Shown: positions 1 through 10,222 of the stretch, in pieces
Numbering within the stretch: the stretch's first letter is position 1
How the letters are laid out: the number at the start of each line of letters is the position of its first letter
Source: a virus
UHGV virus genome: UHGV-0383210
Strand: one strand, 5' to 3'
Length of the DNA stretch: 36,548 nucleotides
Notes under the pieces: model-generated
Database searches by the model: none
What the model saw: only the letters and a program-made list of their open reading frames with translations
Told to the model about the DNA's origin: nothing
Program-made: the position numbers and the translations under genes

Positions 1-173
1 GGTCTAAGTCGATCTGCATCTTTAAAAAAATGCTCTATATCAGTTCCAGATATCCGCGCCTCTGAGTTTGTACATATTTTTTGTAATCTTTATTTAGTGC
101 TTACCCCTCAAGTTAAGGGATATACAGGAACTGATATAGAGCATTTTTTTAAAGATGCAGATCGACTTAGACC
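1..173. repeat. 47-bp perfect inverted repeat (arms 1-47 and 127-173, 79-bp spacer); left arm abuts the window edge and may extend further
   Basis: Reverse complement of 1-47 equals 127-173 exactly, read directly from the sequence. Confidence 0.9.
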
Positions 174-680
174 ACATAAAGGTAAGTTTTTCAATACAGT
201 CTCTAAGCGTGATCATGATAATGATTTGAGCAAGGAATCTTTCGCAACTCATATTGTTCATGCCCACAAGCATGAAATTGATTTTAGTGGATTTACAAGC
301 CTGTTAGAACGGTTAGTAAAAGTCATAAATCACTTTGACACTGTTAAGTAATATTATGATGCGCACTGATTATTCCTTATTCAGCTAAAATTTCTACTGT
401 AGTCCCAACTTCCGTTCCTCGCTCATAACAGACATTCACTACAGTTATGGTAGAAGGTATGCATGCTGGGTGGGGAAAGTATGAAGGAAAAGAAGACTGC
501 TGCGCCGTTTGTTGTCACATTTATCTTCATTGGCTATGCAAGTCGTAATACAAGGTGGGACAAAACTGAGACACATAAGGCCTCGCAATGACTTGCAAGG
601 CTTTACATGTTTTGATGTGGTGGGACGTGTGAGCGCAGTGTTGATGGGGTAATGCTTTGAATTAGAAGCGGATTCTTATA

Positions 681-726
681 ATTCGTAATGCGAAGGTCGT
701 AGGTTCGACTCCTATTATCGGCACCA
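681..726 (+). other. Attachment-site core: 46 nt matching the 3' part (anticodon loop to CCA) of tRNA-Thr(CGU) thrW; no tRNA 5' half upstream
   Basis: ATTCGTAATGCGAAGGTCGTAGGTTCGACTCCTATTATCGGCACCA matches recalled thrW 3' end; 640-680 cannot supply the GCCGATA acceptor strand; lies 15 bp beyond the integrase 3' end. Confidence 0.75.
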
Positions 727-740
727 TTTAAATCAATAAG

Positions 741-1904
741 TTACACATCATTAGTACCTTCCTTATTTTTTGACTGGGACAAATTTGGGACCGATGGGTT
801 CAGGATCGAGTCTATTTGCCGTGCGTGTTCGGTAAGGTGATTAGGTGCAAGGTGAGCATATCGACGAACCATTTCGATAGACTCCCAGCCTCCCATTTCC
901 TGTAACACTGACAACGGGACTCCGGCTTGAACCAGCCAACTTGCCCAGGTGTGTCTCAAGTCGTGAAATCTGAAATCATCAATACCAGCCCGTCTCAGAG
1001 CCGCTTTCCAGGCTGTGTTTGCGTCATACCGCATCTTCCTTACTGTTGGCGCTTTCGTTCCGTCTGGTTTGGTACAGCTTTCCTTGTACACAAATACCCA
1101 ACGGTGATGATTACCGATTTGTTTTTTCAATACGCGACATGCAGTATCATTCAGCGCAACGCCAATTGCGCGGTTTGATTTACTCTCTTCCGGGTTTATC
1201 CATGCCACCCGGCGCTGCATATCTATTTGTTGCCATTCAAGGTTGATGATGTTCGAGCGTCTTAAGCCTGTTGCCAGTGCAAATTCAACAACAGACTTTA
1301 ATGGCTCCGGACATTCATCAATCAGCCTTTGTGCTTCATGGGGCTCCAGCCAGCGGATCCGTTTATTCTTTGGTTGAGGCACTTTAATAATTGGTGCCTT
1401 ATCCAGCATTTTCCATTCACGCTCTGCGGCTCTTAGCAGGGCCTTTATAAATGAAAGATGCGTAGCCTTCGTTGCAACGGACGCTGGTTTTGGCGTGTAT
1501 TCTGGAACAGGTTTCCCTTTTTTTCTGCATGCTTCTGCCCTGAGTTTCCAGTTTTCCTCATGACGCCGGTTCGTCATTTTCTGCATTGCTGAATAAATTT
1601 TTGATTCAGTAATGTCTCTTAGTTGCATTCCTGCGAAATGTTGAAGCCAGAATCCGATCCGGCTTTTGTCATCGTCCAGTGATTTTTTATGTGCTTTCTC
1701 TTCAAGCCACCTGACACACGCTTCCTCGAACGTTATATCAGGTATTTCACCAAGTTTGCTGACCCGCCATGCTTCAGCCTTTAGCTTGTCATGGAGTTCT
1801 GTCGCCTGCCTTTTGTCCTTTGTTCCAAGAGACTGTTTAAATCTTTTACCGTTCGGCAATGTGAAACTGGCGTACCATATTTCACCTCTGCGGAAGAGTG
1901 ACAT
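741..1904 (-). CDS. int: Tyrosine integrase, P22-type (387 aa)
   Basis: N-terminus [24 protein letters not shown] matches recalled P22 Int; C-terminal HDLRHTWAS...RY catalytic motifs; SD GAGGA upstream; next to tRNA-derived att core. Confidence 0.9.
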   Translation of the reverse strand: MSLFRRGEIWYASFTLPNGKRFKQSLGTKDKRQATELHDKLKAEAWRVSKLGEIPDITFEEACVRWLEEKAHKKSLDDDKSRIGFWLQHFAGMQLRDITESKIYSAMQKMTNRRHEENWKLRAEACRKKGKPVPEYTPKPASVATKATHLSFIKALLRAAEREWKMLDKAPIIKVPQPKNKRIRWLEPHEAQRLIDECPEPLKSVVEFALATGLRRSNIINLEWQQIDMQRRVAWINPEESKSNRAIGVALNDTACRVLKKQIGNHHRWVFVYKESCTKPDGTKAPTVRKMRYDANTAWKAALRRAGIDDFRFHDLRHTWASWLVQAGVPLSVLQEMGGWESIEMVRRYAHLAPNHLTEHARQIDSILNPSVPNLSQSKNKEGTNDV

Positions 1905-2131
1905 TTTCTTTCCTCTGTTATGCCATCACCCGCGCTCACCTTGATAGTATGCAGCGGAGACTGAAGCGCCGCAATGCAGGCTTGTCGCGTTGTGAGGTAA
2001 GGAGATTTTGGTTTAGTGGGGTCTTTGCGTGTTGCCTGTAGGCGGCCTGTTCGTATCCAGTTGGTAGCGGTAGGTCTGGATATCTTGAGAAACTGACAGG
2101 CCTCATCGAGTGTGAGGCTGTATGATTCCAT
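1781..2131 (-). CDS. xis: Excisionase (116 aa from ATG at 2131; the ORF-track start at 2161 is GTG)
   Basis: Directly upstream of int and overlapping it; [31 protein letters not shown] has an AlpA/Xis-like HTH; SD GAGGT 5 nt before ATG. Confidence 0.7.
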   Translation of the reverse strand: MESYSLTLDEACQFLKISRPTATNWIRTGRLQATRKDPTKPKSPYLTTRQACIAALQSPLHTIKVSAGDGITEERKCHSSAEVKYGTPVSHCRTVKDLNSLLEQRTKGRRQNSMTS

Positions 2132-2381
2132 GGTTACCTCTGCTTTTTGAACGCATGTCACGTAACTTCTTAATGTGTTCTGCCGTTTCGATCTCTTCTG
2201 CTATCCGATCTGCATCAGCTTTATTCACAGGTTCAAAGTCATGATTAAAGCGGAACATGCTGGCGATACATGTTCTGCCTTTTCGGATGTAGTGAACTTT
2301 GTTGTGGGTAGAACGCAGGATTTTGCAGGGAGTGCCGTGGTGGTCGACGTACCAGGTGTTAGGAAAAATGATTCTGAACAT
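2103..2381 (-). CDS. Hypothetical early-left protein (92 aa)
   Basis: ORF in leftward early operon; overlaps xis start by 29 nt; no recognised motif. Confidence 0.35.
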   Translation of the reverse strand: MFRIIFPNTWYVDHHGTPCKILRSTHNKVHYIRKGRTCIASMFRFNHDFEPVNKADADRIAEEIETAEHIKKLRDMRSKSRGNHGIIQPHTR

Positions 2382-2428
2382 TTTTACACCTCAGTTGGAC
2401 GATGTTGAAATTTGCTGCTTTGAGGCCA

Positions 2429-2647
2429 TCACAATCCCCATTGTTTGTTCTTAAGTTCGATCTCCTCCTGGCAACTTGCACAAGTCCGACAACCCTGAAC
2501 GGCCAGGCGTCTTCGTTCATCTATGGGATCGCCACACTCACAACAATGAGTGGCAGATATAACCTGGTGGTTCAGACGACGCATTTTTATTGCTGTATTG
2601 CGCTGTAATTCTTCGATTTCTGATGCTGAATCAATGATGTCTGCCAT
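2429..2647 (-). CDS. TraR/DksA-family C4 zinc-finger protein (72 aa)
   Basis: CCECGDPIDERRRLAVQGCRTCASC four-cysteine motif typical of phage TraR/DksA-like proteins. Confidence 0.65.
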   Translation of the reverse strand: MADIIDSASEIEELQRNTAIKMRRLNHQVISATHCCECGDPIDERRRLAVQGCRTCASCQEEIELKNKQWGL

Positions 2648-2745
2648 CTTCCATTAATCCCTGAATTGTTGGTTAATACGCTTGAGGGTGAATGCGAATA
2701 ATAAAAAGGGAGCCTGTAGCTCCATGATGATTTTGTTTTTCATGT

Positions 2746-3027
2746 TCACCGTTCCTTAAAGACGCCGTTTAACATGCCGATCGCCAGGCTTAAATGAGTC
2801 GGTGTGAATCCCATCAGCGTTACCGTTTCGCGGTGCTTCTTCAGTACGCTACGGCAAATGTCATCGACGTTTTTATCCGGAAACTGCTGTCTGGCTTTTT
2901 TGATTTCATAATTATCCTGACGGGCAATACTGCGAAGGGCGTTTTCTTGCTGAGGTGTCACTGAACAAGTCCCATGTCGGCAAGCATAAGCACACAGAAT
3001 ATGAAGCCCGCTGCCAGAAAAATGCAT
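2746..3027 (-). CDS. Hypothetical protein (93 aa)
   Basis: ORF in same orientation as the early-left operon, starts 10 nt after the upstream ORF stop. Confidence 0.35.
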   Translation of the reverse strand: MHFSGSGLHILCAYACRHGTCSVTPQQENALRSIARQDNYEIKKARQQFPDKNVDDICRSVLKKHRETVTLMGFTPTHLSLAIGMLNGVFKER

Positions 3028-3037
3028 TCAGTGGTTG

Positions 3038-3229
3038 TCATACCTGGTCTCTCTCATCTGCTTCTGCTTTCGCCACCATCATTTCCAGCTTTTGTGAAAG
3101 GGATGTGGCTAACGTATGAAATTCTTCGTCTGTTTCTACTGGTATTGGCACAAACCTGACTCCAATTTGAGCGAGGCTATGTGCCATCTCGATACTCGTT
3201 CTTAACTCAACGGGAGATGCTTTGTGCAT
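3038..3229 (-). CDS. Hypothetical small protein (63 aa)
   Basis: ORF in early-left operon between exo and xis. Confidence 0.4.
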   Translation of the reverse strand: MHKASPVELRTSIEMAHSLAQIGVRFVPIPVETDEEFHTLATSLSQKLEMMVAKAEADERDQV

Positions 3230-3390
3230 ACAGCCCCTCGTTTATTATTTATCTCCTTAGCCAGCCGCTGGGCTTTCAGTGGATTTCTGATAACAGAAAG
3301 GCCGGGAAATACCCAGCCTCGCTTTGTAAAGGAGTAGACGAAAGTGATCGCGCCTACCCGGATATTATCGTGAGGATGCGTCATCGCCAT
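3202..3390 (-). CDS. Hypothetical small protein (62 aa)
   Basis: ORF immediately downstream of exo; overlaps neighbours at both ends. Confidence 0.3.
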   Translation of the reverse strand: MAMTHPHDNIRVGAITFVYSFTKRGWVFPGLSVIRNPLKAQRLAKEINNKRGAVCTKHLPLS

Positions 3391-4061
3391 TGCTCCCCAA
3401 ATACAAAACCAATTTCAGCCAGTGCCTCGTCCATTTTTTCGATGAACTCCGGCACCATCTCGTCAAAACTCGCCATGTACTTTTCATCCCGCTCAACCAC
3501 GACATAATGCAGTCCTTCACGCTTCATACGCGGGTCATAGTTGGCAAAGTACCAGGCATCTTTTCGCGTCACCCACATGCTGTACTGCACCTGGGCCATG
3601 TAAGCCGACTTTATGGCCTCGAAACCACCGAGCCGGAACTTCATGAAATCCCGGGAGGTAAACGGGCATTTCAGCTCAAGGCCATTGCCGTCACTGCATA
3701 AACCATCGGGAGAGCAGGCGGTGCGCATACTTTCGTCGCGATAGATGATCGGGGATTCAGTAACATTCACGCCGGAAGTGAATTCAAACAGGGTTCTGGC
3801 GTCGTTCTCGTACTGTTTTCCCCAGGCCAGCGCCTTAGCATTAACTTCCGGAGCCACACCGGTGCAAACCTCAGCCAGCAGGGTGTGGAAGTAGGACATT
3901 TTCATGTCAGGCCACTTCTTTCCTGAGCGGGGCTTTGCTATCACGTTGTGAACTTCTGAAGCGGTGATGACGCCGAGCCGTAATTTGTGCCATGCATCAT
4001 CCCCCTGTTCGACAGCTCTCACGTCGATCCCGGTACGCTGCAGGATAATGTCCGGTGTCAT
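3381..4061 (-). CDS. exo: Lambda-type 5'-3' exonuclease Red-alpha (226 aa)
   Basis: Sequence [36 protein letters not shown] matches recalled lambda Exo nearly throughout. Confidence 0.95.
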   Translation of the reverse strand: MTPDIILQRTGIDVRAVEQGDDAWHKLRLGVITASEVHNVIAKPRSGKKWPDMKMSYFHTLLAEVCTGVAPEVNAKALAWGKQYENDARTLFEFTSGVNVTESPIIYRDESMRTACSPDGLCSDGNGLELKCPFTSRDFMKFRLGGFEAIKSAYMAQVQYSMWVTRKDAWYFANYDPRMKREGLHYVVVERDEKYMASFDEMVPEFIEKMDEALAEIGFVFGEQWR

Positions 4062-4843
4062 GCTGCCACCTTCTGCTCAGTGGCTTTCTGTTTCAGGAAT
4101 CCAAGAGCTTTCACTGCTTCGGCTTGTGTCAGTTCTGACGATGCGCGAATGTCGCGGCGAAATATCTGGGAACAGAGCGGCAATAAGTCGTCATCCCATG
4201 TTTTATCCAGGGCGATCAGCAGAGTGTTAATCTCCTGCATGGTTTCATCGTTAACCGGAGTGATGTCGCGTTCCGGCTGACGTTCCGCAGTGTATGCAGT
4301 ATTTTCGACAATGCGCTCGGCTTCATCCTTGTCATAGATACCAGCAAATCCGAAGGCCAGACGGGCACACTGAATCATGGCTTTATGCCGTAACATCCGT
4401 TTGGGATGCGACTGCCACGGCCCCGTGATTTCTCTGCCTTCGCGAGTTTTGAATGGTTCGCGGCGGCATTCATCCATCCATTCGGTAACGCAGATCGGAT
4501 GATTGCGGTCTTTGCGGTAAATCCGGCATGTACAGGATTCATTGTCCTGCTCAAAGTCCATGCCATCAAACTGCTGGTTTTCATTGATGATGCGGGACCA
4601 GCCATCAACGCCCACCACCGGAACGATGCCGTTCTGCTTATCAGGGAAGGCGTAAATTTCTTTCGTCCACGGATTAAGGCCGTACTGGTTGGCGACGATC
4701 AACAATGCGATGAACTGCGCATCGCTGGCATCACCTTTAAATGCCGTCTGGCGAAGAGTGGTGATCAGTTCCTGTGGGTCGACAGAATCCATGCCGACAC
4801 GTTCAGCCAGCTTCCCTGCCAGCGTTGCGAGTGCTGTACTCAT
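4058..4843 (-). CDS. bet: Lambda-type single-strand annealing protein Red-beta (261 aa)
   Basis: [66 protein letters not shown] matches recalled lambda Bet; 4-nt overlap with exo. Confidence 0.95.
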   Translation of the reverse strand: MSTALATLAGKLAERVGMDSVDPQELITTLRQTAFKGDASDAQFIALLIVANQYGLNPWTKEIYAFPDKQNGIVPVVGVDGWSRIINENQQFDGMDFEQDNESCTCRIYRKDRNHPICVTEWMDECRREPFKTREGREITGPWQSHPKRMLRHKAMIQCARLAFGFAGIYDKDEAERIVENTAYTAERQPERDITPVNDETMQEINTLLIALDKTWDDDLLPLCSQIFRRDIRASSELTQAEAVKALGFLKQKATEQKVAA

Positions 4844-4848
4844 CCGTT

Positions 4849-5265
4849 TTATACCTCTGAATCAATATCAACCTGGTGGCGGGCAATAGTTTCAACCATG
4901 TACCGGATGTGTTCTGCCATGCGCTCCTGAAACTCAACATCGTCATCAAACGCACGGGTAATGGCTTTTTTGCTGGCCCCGTGGCGTTGCAAATGATCGA
5001 TGCATAGCGATTCAAACAGGTGCTGGGGCAGGCCTTTTTCCATGTCGTCTGCCAGTTCTGCCTCTTTCTCTTCACGGGCGATCTGCTGGTAGTGACGCGC
5101 CCAGCTCTGAGCCTCAATACGATCCTGAATGTAATAAGCGTTCATGGCTGAACTCCTGAAATAGCTGTGAAAATATCGCCCGCGAAATGCCGGGCTGATT
5201 AGGAAAACAGGAAAGGGGGTTAGTGAATGCTTTTGCTTGATCTCAGTTTCAGTATTAATATCCAT
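4849..5265 (-). CDS. gam: Gam, RecBCD inhibitor (138 aa)
   Basis: [49 protein letters not shown] matches recalled lambda Gam. Confidence 0.95.
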   Translation of the reverse strand: MDINTETEIKQKHSLTPFPVFLISPAFRGRYFHSYFRSSAMNAYYIQDRIEAQSWARHYQQIAREEKEAELADDMEKGLPQHLFESLCIDHLQRHGASKKAITRAFDDDVEFQERMAEHIRYMVETIARHQVDIDSEV

Positions 5266-5363
5266 TTTTTATAAGCGTCGACGGCCTCACGAAACATCTT
5301 TTCATCGCCAATAAAAGTGGCGATAGTGAATTTAGTCTGGATAGCCATAAGTGTTTGATCCAT
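5220..5363 (-). CDS. kil: Kil host-killing protein (47 aa; internal ATG of ORF 5220..5489)
   Basis: [47 protein letters not shown] matches recalled lambda Kil; overlaps cIII 3' end out of frame as in lambda. Confidence 0.85.
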   Translation of the reverse strand: MDQTLMAIQTKFTIATFIGDEKMFREAVDAYKKWILILKLRSSKSIH

Positions 5364-5496
5364 TTTTTGGGACTCCTGGCTGATTAAGTATGTCGATAAG
5401 GCGTTTCCATCCGTCACGTAATTTACGGGTGATTCGTTCAAGTAAAGATTCGGAAGGGCAGCCAGCAACAGGCCACCCTGCAATGGCATATTGCAT
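5332..5496 (-). CDS. cIII: cIII, FtsH inhibitor (54 aa; below ORF-track size cutoff)
   Basis: Hand translation of reverse strand gives MQYAIAGWPVAG...[23 protein letters not shown], matching recalled lambda cIII. Confidence 0.85.
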   Translation of the reverse strand: MQYAIAGWPVAGCPSESLLERITRKLRDGWKRLIDILNQPGVPKNGSNTYGYPD

Positions 5497-5551
5497 GGTG
5501 TGCTCCTTATTTATACATAACGAAAAACGCCTCGAGTGAAGCGTTATTGGT

Positions 5552-5583
5552 ATGCATATAAAAAGGCCCTCACATTAGAGGGC
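5552..5583 (-). terminator. Putative rho-independent terminator in leftward operon between ral and cIII
   Basis: Minus-strand hairpin GCCCTC-taatgt-GAGGGC followed by CTTTTTATAT. Confidence 0.4.
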
Positions 5584-5740
5584 AAAGAAGATTTCCAATA
5601 ATCAGAACAAGTCGGCTCCTGTTTAGTTACGAGCGACATTGCTCCGTGTATTCACTCGTTGGAATGAATACACAGTGCAGTGTTTATTCTGTTATTTATG
5701 CCAAAAATAAAGGCCACTATCAGGCAGCTTTGTTGTTCTG

Positions 5741-5920
5741 TTAACCAAGTTCTCTGGCAATCATTGCCGTCGTTCGTATTGCCCATTTATCGACATATTT
5801 CCCATCTTCCATTACAGGAAACATTTCTTCAGGCTTAACCATGCATTCCGATTGCAGCTTGCATCCATTGCATCGCTTGAATTGTCCACACCATTGATTT
5901 TTATCAATAGTCGTAGTCAT
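5741..5920 (-). CDS. ral: Ral restriction-alleviation protein, 59 codons as encoded (canonical lambda Ral recalled as 66 aa)
   Basis: Hand translation MTTTIDKNQWCGQFKRCNGCKLQSECMVKPEEMFPVMEDGKYVDKWAIRTTAMIARELG then TAA where lambda has AAA (Lys). Confidence 0.8.
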   Translation of the reverse strand: MTTTIDKNQWCGQFKRCNGCKLQSECMVKPEEMFPVMEDGKYVDKWAIRTTAMIARELG

Positions 5921-6044
5921 ACGGATAGTCCTGGTATTGTTCCATCACATCCTGAGGATGCTCTTCGAACTCTTCAAATTCTTCTTCCATATATCACCTC
6001 AAATAAGTTGTTTGCTGCGAAAGTAAATACGCTTAAGTTACCTG

Positions 6045-6182
6045 TTATTTATCCCACCAAGTTCCGTATCTATCTATCCAGTCACACCAATCATCGACAC
6101 TCCATTTTGTTGTGTCGCATTTTGGCAACTGGCATGAATATCTACCTTCTTTGTAAAGTCGGCGTTTGACTTTCTTGAGCAT
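6045..6182 (-). CDS. Hypothetical Cys/Trp-rich small protein (45 aa)
   Basis: Hand-translated MLKKVKRRLYKEGRYSCQLPKCDTTKWSVDDWCDWIDRYGTWWDK; SD GAGGT 5 nt upstream; 9 nt downstream of N stop. Confidence 0.4.
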   Translation of the reverse strand: MLKKVKRRLYKEGRYSCQLPKCDTTKWSVDDWCDWIDRYGTWWDK

Positions 6183-6190
6183 GGCTTACC

Positions 6191-6523
6191 TCAATCGTAA
6201 TAAGCTGGAATTGATTTTCCGCGTTGCTTCTGGCGGCCTGAGCAAGTCACACCCATTTCACAGCGTGGCTTGCTGTACCATGTGCGCTGATTCTTGCGCT
6301 CAATACGTTGCAGGTTGCTTTCAATCTGTTCGTGGTATTCAGCCAGCACCGTAAGGTCTATCGGATTCAGTGCGCTTTCTACTCGTGATTTCGGTTTGCG
6401 ATTCAGCGAGAGAATAGGGCGGTTAACTGGTTTTGCGCTTACCCCAACCAACAGGGGATTTGCTGCTTTCCATTGAGCCTGTTTCTCTGCGCGACGTTCG
6501 CGGCGGCGTGCTTGCGCATCCAT
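6191..6523 (-). CDS. N: N transcription antiterminator (110 aa from ATG at 6523; ORF-track start 6613 is upstream)
   Basis: MDAQARRRERRAEKQAQWKAANPLLVGVSAKPVNRPILSLNRKPKSRVESALNPIDLTVLAEYH matches recalled lambda N arginine-rich motif and body; C-terminus diverges; SD AGGAGAA. Confidence 0.9.
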   Translation of the reverse strand: MDAQARRRERRAEKQAQWKAANPLLVGVSAKPVNRPILSLNRKPKSRVESALNPIDLTVLAEYHEQIESNLQRIERKNQRTWYSKPRCEMGVTCSGRQKQRGKSIPAYYD

Positions 6524-6633
6524 CTGGATTCTCCTGTCAGTTAGCTTTGAGTAACGCGCCGTGATGCTTATCTCCACGGTTGCTGTCTTGCAGCTGCATT
6601 TCGCGCTACTCAAAGCCTTCTGCTTTGAATGCT

Positions 6634-6663
6634 GCCCTTCTTCAGGGCTAAATTTTTAAGAGC
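6634..6663 (-). promoter_or_regulatory. nutL (boxA plus boxB hairpin) upstream of N
   Basis: Reverse strand reads GCTCTTAAAAATTTA GCCCTGAAGAAGGGC, the lambda nutL boxA/boxB pattern. Confidence 0.8.
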
Positions 6664-6708
6664 CTCACCTTCATGGTGGTCAGTGCGTCCTGCTGATGGC
6701 TTAAAATT

Positions 6709-6777
6709 ACAAGAAAGATTGTATGTTGTAAACAAGAAATATTGTAAAAAAGGGGCGTGAAAAACAAACTCCATTGT
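6709..6777. promoter_or_regulatory. OL operator cluster of 434 type (three 14-bp ACAA-N6-TTGT sites) with pL
   Basis: ACAAGAAAGATTGT (6709-6722), ACAAGAAATATTGT (6732-6745), ACAAACTCCATTGT (6764-6777) read directly. Confidence 0.8.
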
Positions 6778-6826
6778 TTTTAAATGAAAAATAGTTTGTT
6801 TTTGGTTATCGAGATTGAGGTGGGGA

Positions 6827-8179
<1,353 letters not shown>

Positions 8180-8188
8180 GACATTCCC

Positions 8189-8219
8189 GCTCTTACACAT
8201 CCCAGCCCTGAAAAAGGGC
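8189..8219 (+). promoter_or_regulatory. nutR (boxA CGCTCTTA plus boxB GCCCTGAAAAAGGGC)
   Basis: Read directly; matches lambda nutR pattern just downstream of cro. Confidence 0.8.
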
Positions 8220-8298
8220 ATCAAATTAAACCACACCTATGGTGTATGCATTTATTTGCATACATTCAATCAATTGTTATCTAAGGAAATACTTACAT

Positions 8299-8592
8299 AT
8301 GGTTCGTGCAAACAAACGCAACGAGGCTCTACGAATCGAGAGTGCGTTGCTTAACAAAATCGCAATGCTTGGAACTGAGAAGACAGCGGAAGCTGTGGGA
8401 GTTGATAAGTCGCAGATCAGCAGGTGGAAGAGAGACTGGATTCCAAAGTTCTCAATGCTGCTTGCTGTTCTTGAATGGGGGGTCGTTGACGACGACATGG
8501 CTCGATTGGCGCGACAAGTTGCTGCGATTCTCACCAATAAAAAACGCCCGGCGGCAACCGAGCGTTCTGAACAAATCCAGATGGAGTTCTGA
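8299..8592 (+). CDS. cII: cII transcriptional activator (97 aa; internal ATG of ORF 8239..8592)
   Basis: MVRANKRNEALRIESALLNKIAMLGTEKTAEAVGVDKSQISRWKRDWIPKFSMLLAVLEWGVVDDDMARLARQVAAILTNKKRPAATERSEQIQMEF matches recalled lambda CII. Confidence 0.95.
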   Translation: MVRANKRNEALRIESALLNKIAMLGTEKTAEAVGVDKSQISRWKRDWIPKFSMLLAVLEWGVVDDDMARLARQVAAILTNKKRPAATERSEQIQMEF

Positions 8593-8624
8593 GGTCATTA
8601 CTGGATCTATCAACAGGAGTCATT

Positions 8625-9524
8625 ATGACAAATACAGCAAAAATACTCAACTTCGGCAGAGGTAACTTTGCCGGACAGGAGCGTAATGTGGCAGATCTCG
8701 ATGATGGTTACGCCAGACTATCAAATATGCTGCTTGAGGCTTATTCGGGCGCAGATCTGACCAAGCGACAGTTTAAAGTGCTGCTTGCCATTCTGCGTAA
8801 AACCTATGGGTGGAATAAACCAATGGACAGAATCACCGATTCTCAACTTAGCGAGATTACAAAGTTACCTGTCAAACGGTGCAATGAAGCCAAGTTAGAA
8901 CTCGTCAGAATGAATATTATCAAGCAGCAAGGCGGCATGTTTGGACCAAATAAAAACATCTCAGAATGGTGTATCCCTCAAAACGAGGGAAAATCCCCTA
9001 AAACGAGGGATAAAACATCCCTCAAATTGGGGGATTGCTATCCCTCAAAACAGGGGGACACAAAAGACACTATTACAAAAGAAAAAAGAAAAGATTATTC
9101 GTCCGAGAATTCTGGCGAATCCTCTGACCAGCCAGAAAACGATCTTTCTGTGGTTAAACCGGATGCTGCAATTCAGAGCGGCAGCAAGTGGGGAACAGCA
9201 GAAGACCTGACCGCCGCAGAGTGGATGTTTGACATGGTGAAGACCATCGCGCCATCAGCCAGAAAACCGAATTTTGCTGGGTGGGCTAACGATATCCGCC
9301 TGATGCGTGAACGTGACGGACGTAACCACCGCGATATGTGTGTGCTTTTCCGCTGGGCCTGCCAGGACAACTTCTGGTCCGGTAACGTGCTGAGTCCGGC
9401 CAAACTCCGCGACAAGTGGACCCAGCTCGAAATCAACCGTAACAAGCAACAGGCAGGCGTGACAGCCAGCAAACCAAAACTCGACCTGACAAACACTGAC
9501 TGGATTTACGGGGTGGATTTATGA
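8625..9524 (+). CDS. O: Replication initiator O (299 aa)
   Basis: MTNTAKILNFGRGNFAGQERNVADLDDGYARLSNMLLEAYSGADLTKRQFKVLLAILRKTYGW matches recalled lambda O; origin iterons inside the gene. Confidence 0.95.
   Translation: MTNTAKILNFGRGNFAGQERNVADLDDGYARLSNMLLEAYSGADLTKRQFKVLLAILRKTYGWNKPMDRITDSQLSEITKLPVKRCNEAKLELVRMNIIKQQGGMFGPNKNISEWCIPQNEGKSPKTRDKTSLKLGDCYPSKQGDTKDTITKEKRKDYSSENSGESSDQPENDLSVVKPDAAIQSGSKWGTAEDLTAAEWMFDMVKTIAPSARKPNFAGWANDIRLMRERDGRNHRDMCVLFRWACQDNFWSGNVLSPAKLRDKWTQLEINRNKQQAGVTASKPKLDLTNTDWIYGVDL
8973..9058 (+). repeat. Origin iterons (four ~18-bp O-binding repeats) followed by AT-rich stretch to about 9110
   Basis: Four copies of the TCCCTCAAAACGAGGGA motif read directly inside O. 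Confidence 0.85.
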
Positions 9525-10222
9525 AAAACATCGCCGCACAGATGGTTAACTTTGACCGTGAGCAGATGCGTCGGATCGCCAACAACATGCCGGAACAGTA
9601 CGACGAAAAGCCGCAGGTACAACAGGTAGCGCAGATCATCAATGGTGTGTTCAGCCAGTTACTGGCAACTTTCCCGGCGAGCCTGGCTAACCGGGACCAG
9701 AACGAACTGAACGAAATCCGCCGCCAGTGGGTGCTGGCTTTCCGGGAAAACGGGATCACCACAATGGAACAGGTTAACGCAGGAATGCGCGTAGCCCGTC
9801 GGCAGAATCGACCATTTCTGCCATCACCCGGGCAGTTTGTTGCATGGTGCCGGGAAGAAGCATCCGTTATCGCCGGACTGCCAAACGTCAGCGAGCTGGT
9901 TGATATGGTTTACGAGTATTGCCGGAAGCGAGGCCTGTATCCGGATGCGGAGTCTTATCCGTGGAAATCAAACGCGCACTACTGGCTGGTTACCAACCTG
10001 TATCAGAACATGCGGGCAAATGCGCTTACTGATGCGGAATTACGCCGTAAGGCCGCAGATGAGCTTGTCCATATGACTGCGAGAATTAACCATGGTGAGG
10101 CGATCCCTGAACCAGTAAAACAACTTCCTGTCATGGGCGGTAGACCTCTAAATCGTGCACAGGCTCTGGCGAAGATCGCAGAAATCAAAGCTAAGTTCGG
10201 ACTGAAAGGAGCAAGTGTATGA
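9521..10222 (+). CDS. P: Replication protein P, DnaB helicase loader (233 aa)
   Basis: MKNIAAQMVNFDREQMRRIANNMPEQYDEKPQVQQVAQIINGVFSQLLATFPASLANRDQNELNEIRRQW matches recalled lambda P. Confidence 0.95.
   Translation: MKNIAAQMVNFDREQMRRIANNMPEQYDEKPQVQQVAQIINGVFSQLLATFPASLANRDQNELNEIRRQWVLAFRENGITTMEQVNAGMRVARRQNRPFLPSPGQFVAWCREEASVIAGLPNVSELVDMVYEYCRKRGLYPDAESYPWKSNAHYWLVTNLYQNMRANALTDAELRRKAADELVHMTARINHGEAIPEPVKQLPVMGGRPLNRAQALAKIAEIKAKFGLKGASV

Noticed and set aside
97-351. 84-aa ORF in the region left of the att core
   Set aside because: Begins with GTG, has no in-frame ATG at all and no RBS, and overlaps one arm of the 47-bp inverted repeat; more likely a chance frame in AT-rich DNA.
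4406-4930. 174-aa plus-strand ORF
   Set aside because: Antisense to bet and gam, which match lambda proteins nearly exactly.
5904-5990. 28-codon acidic ORF (MEEEFEEFEEHPQDV...) overlapping the ral start on the minus strand
   Set aside because: Very short and low complexity; cannot be supported from sequence alone, though small ORFs are known in this lambda region.
5852-6169. 105-aa plus-strand ORF
   Set aside because: Antisense to ral and the small leftward ORFs in a region that is transcribed leftward from pL; no RBS.
8973-9058. Short direct repeats inside O considered as a possible CRISPR or other repeat array
   Set aside because: They are the four origin iterons of the lambda-type replication origin, followed by the AT-rich unwinding region; no spacer-repeat periodicity.
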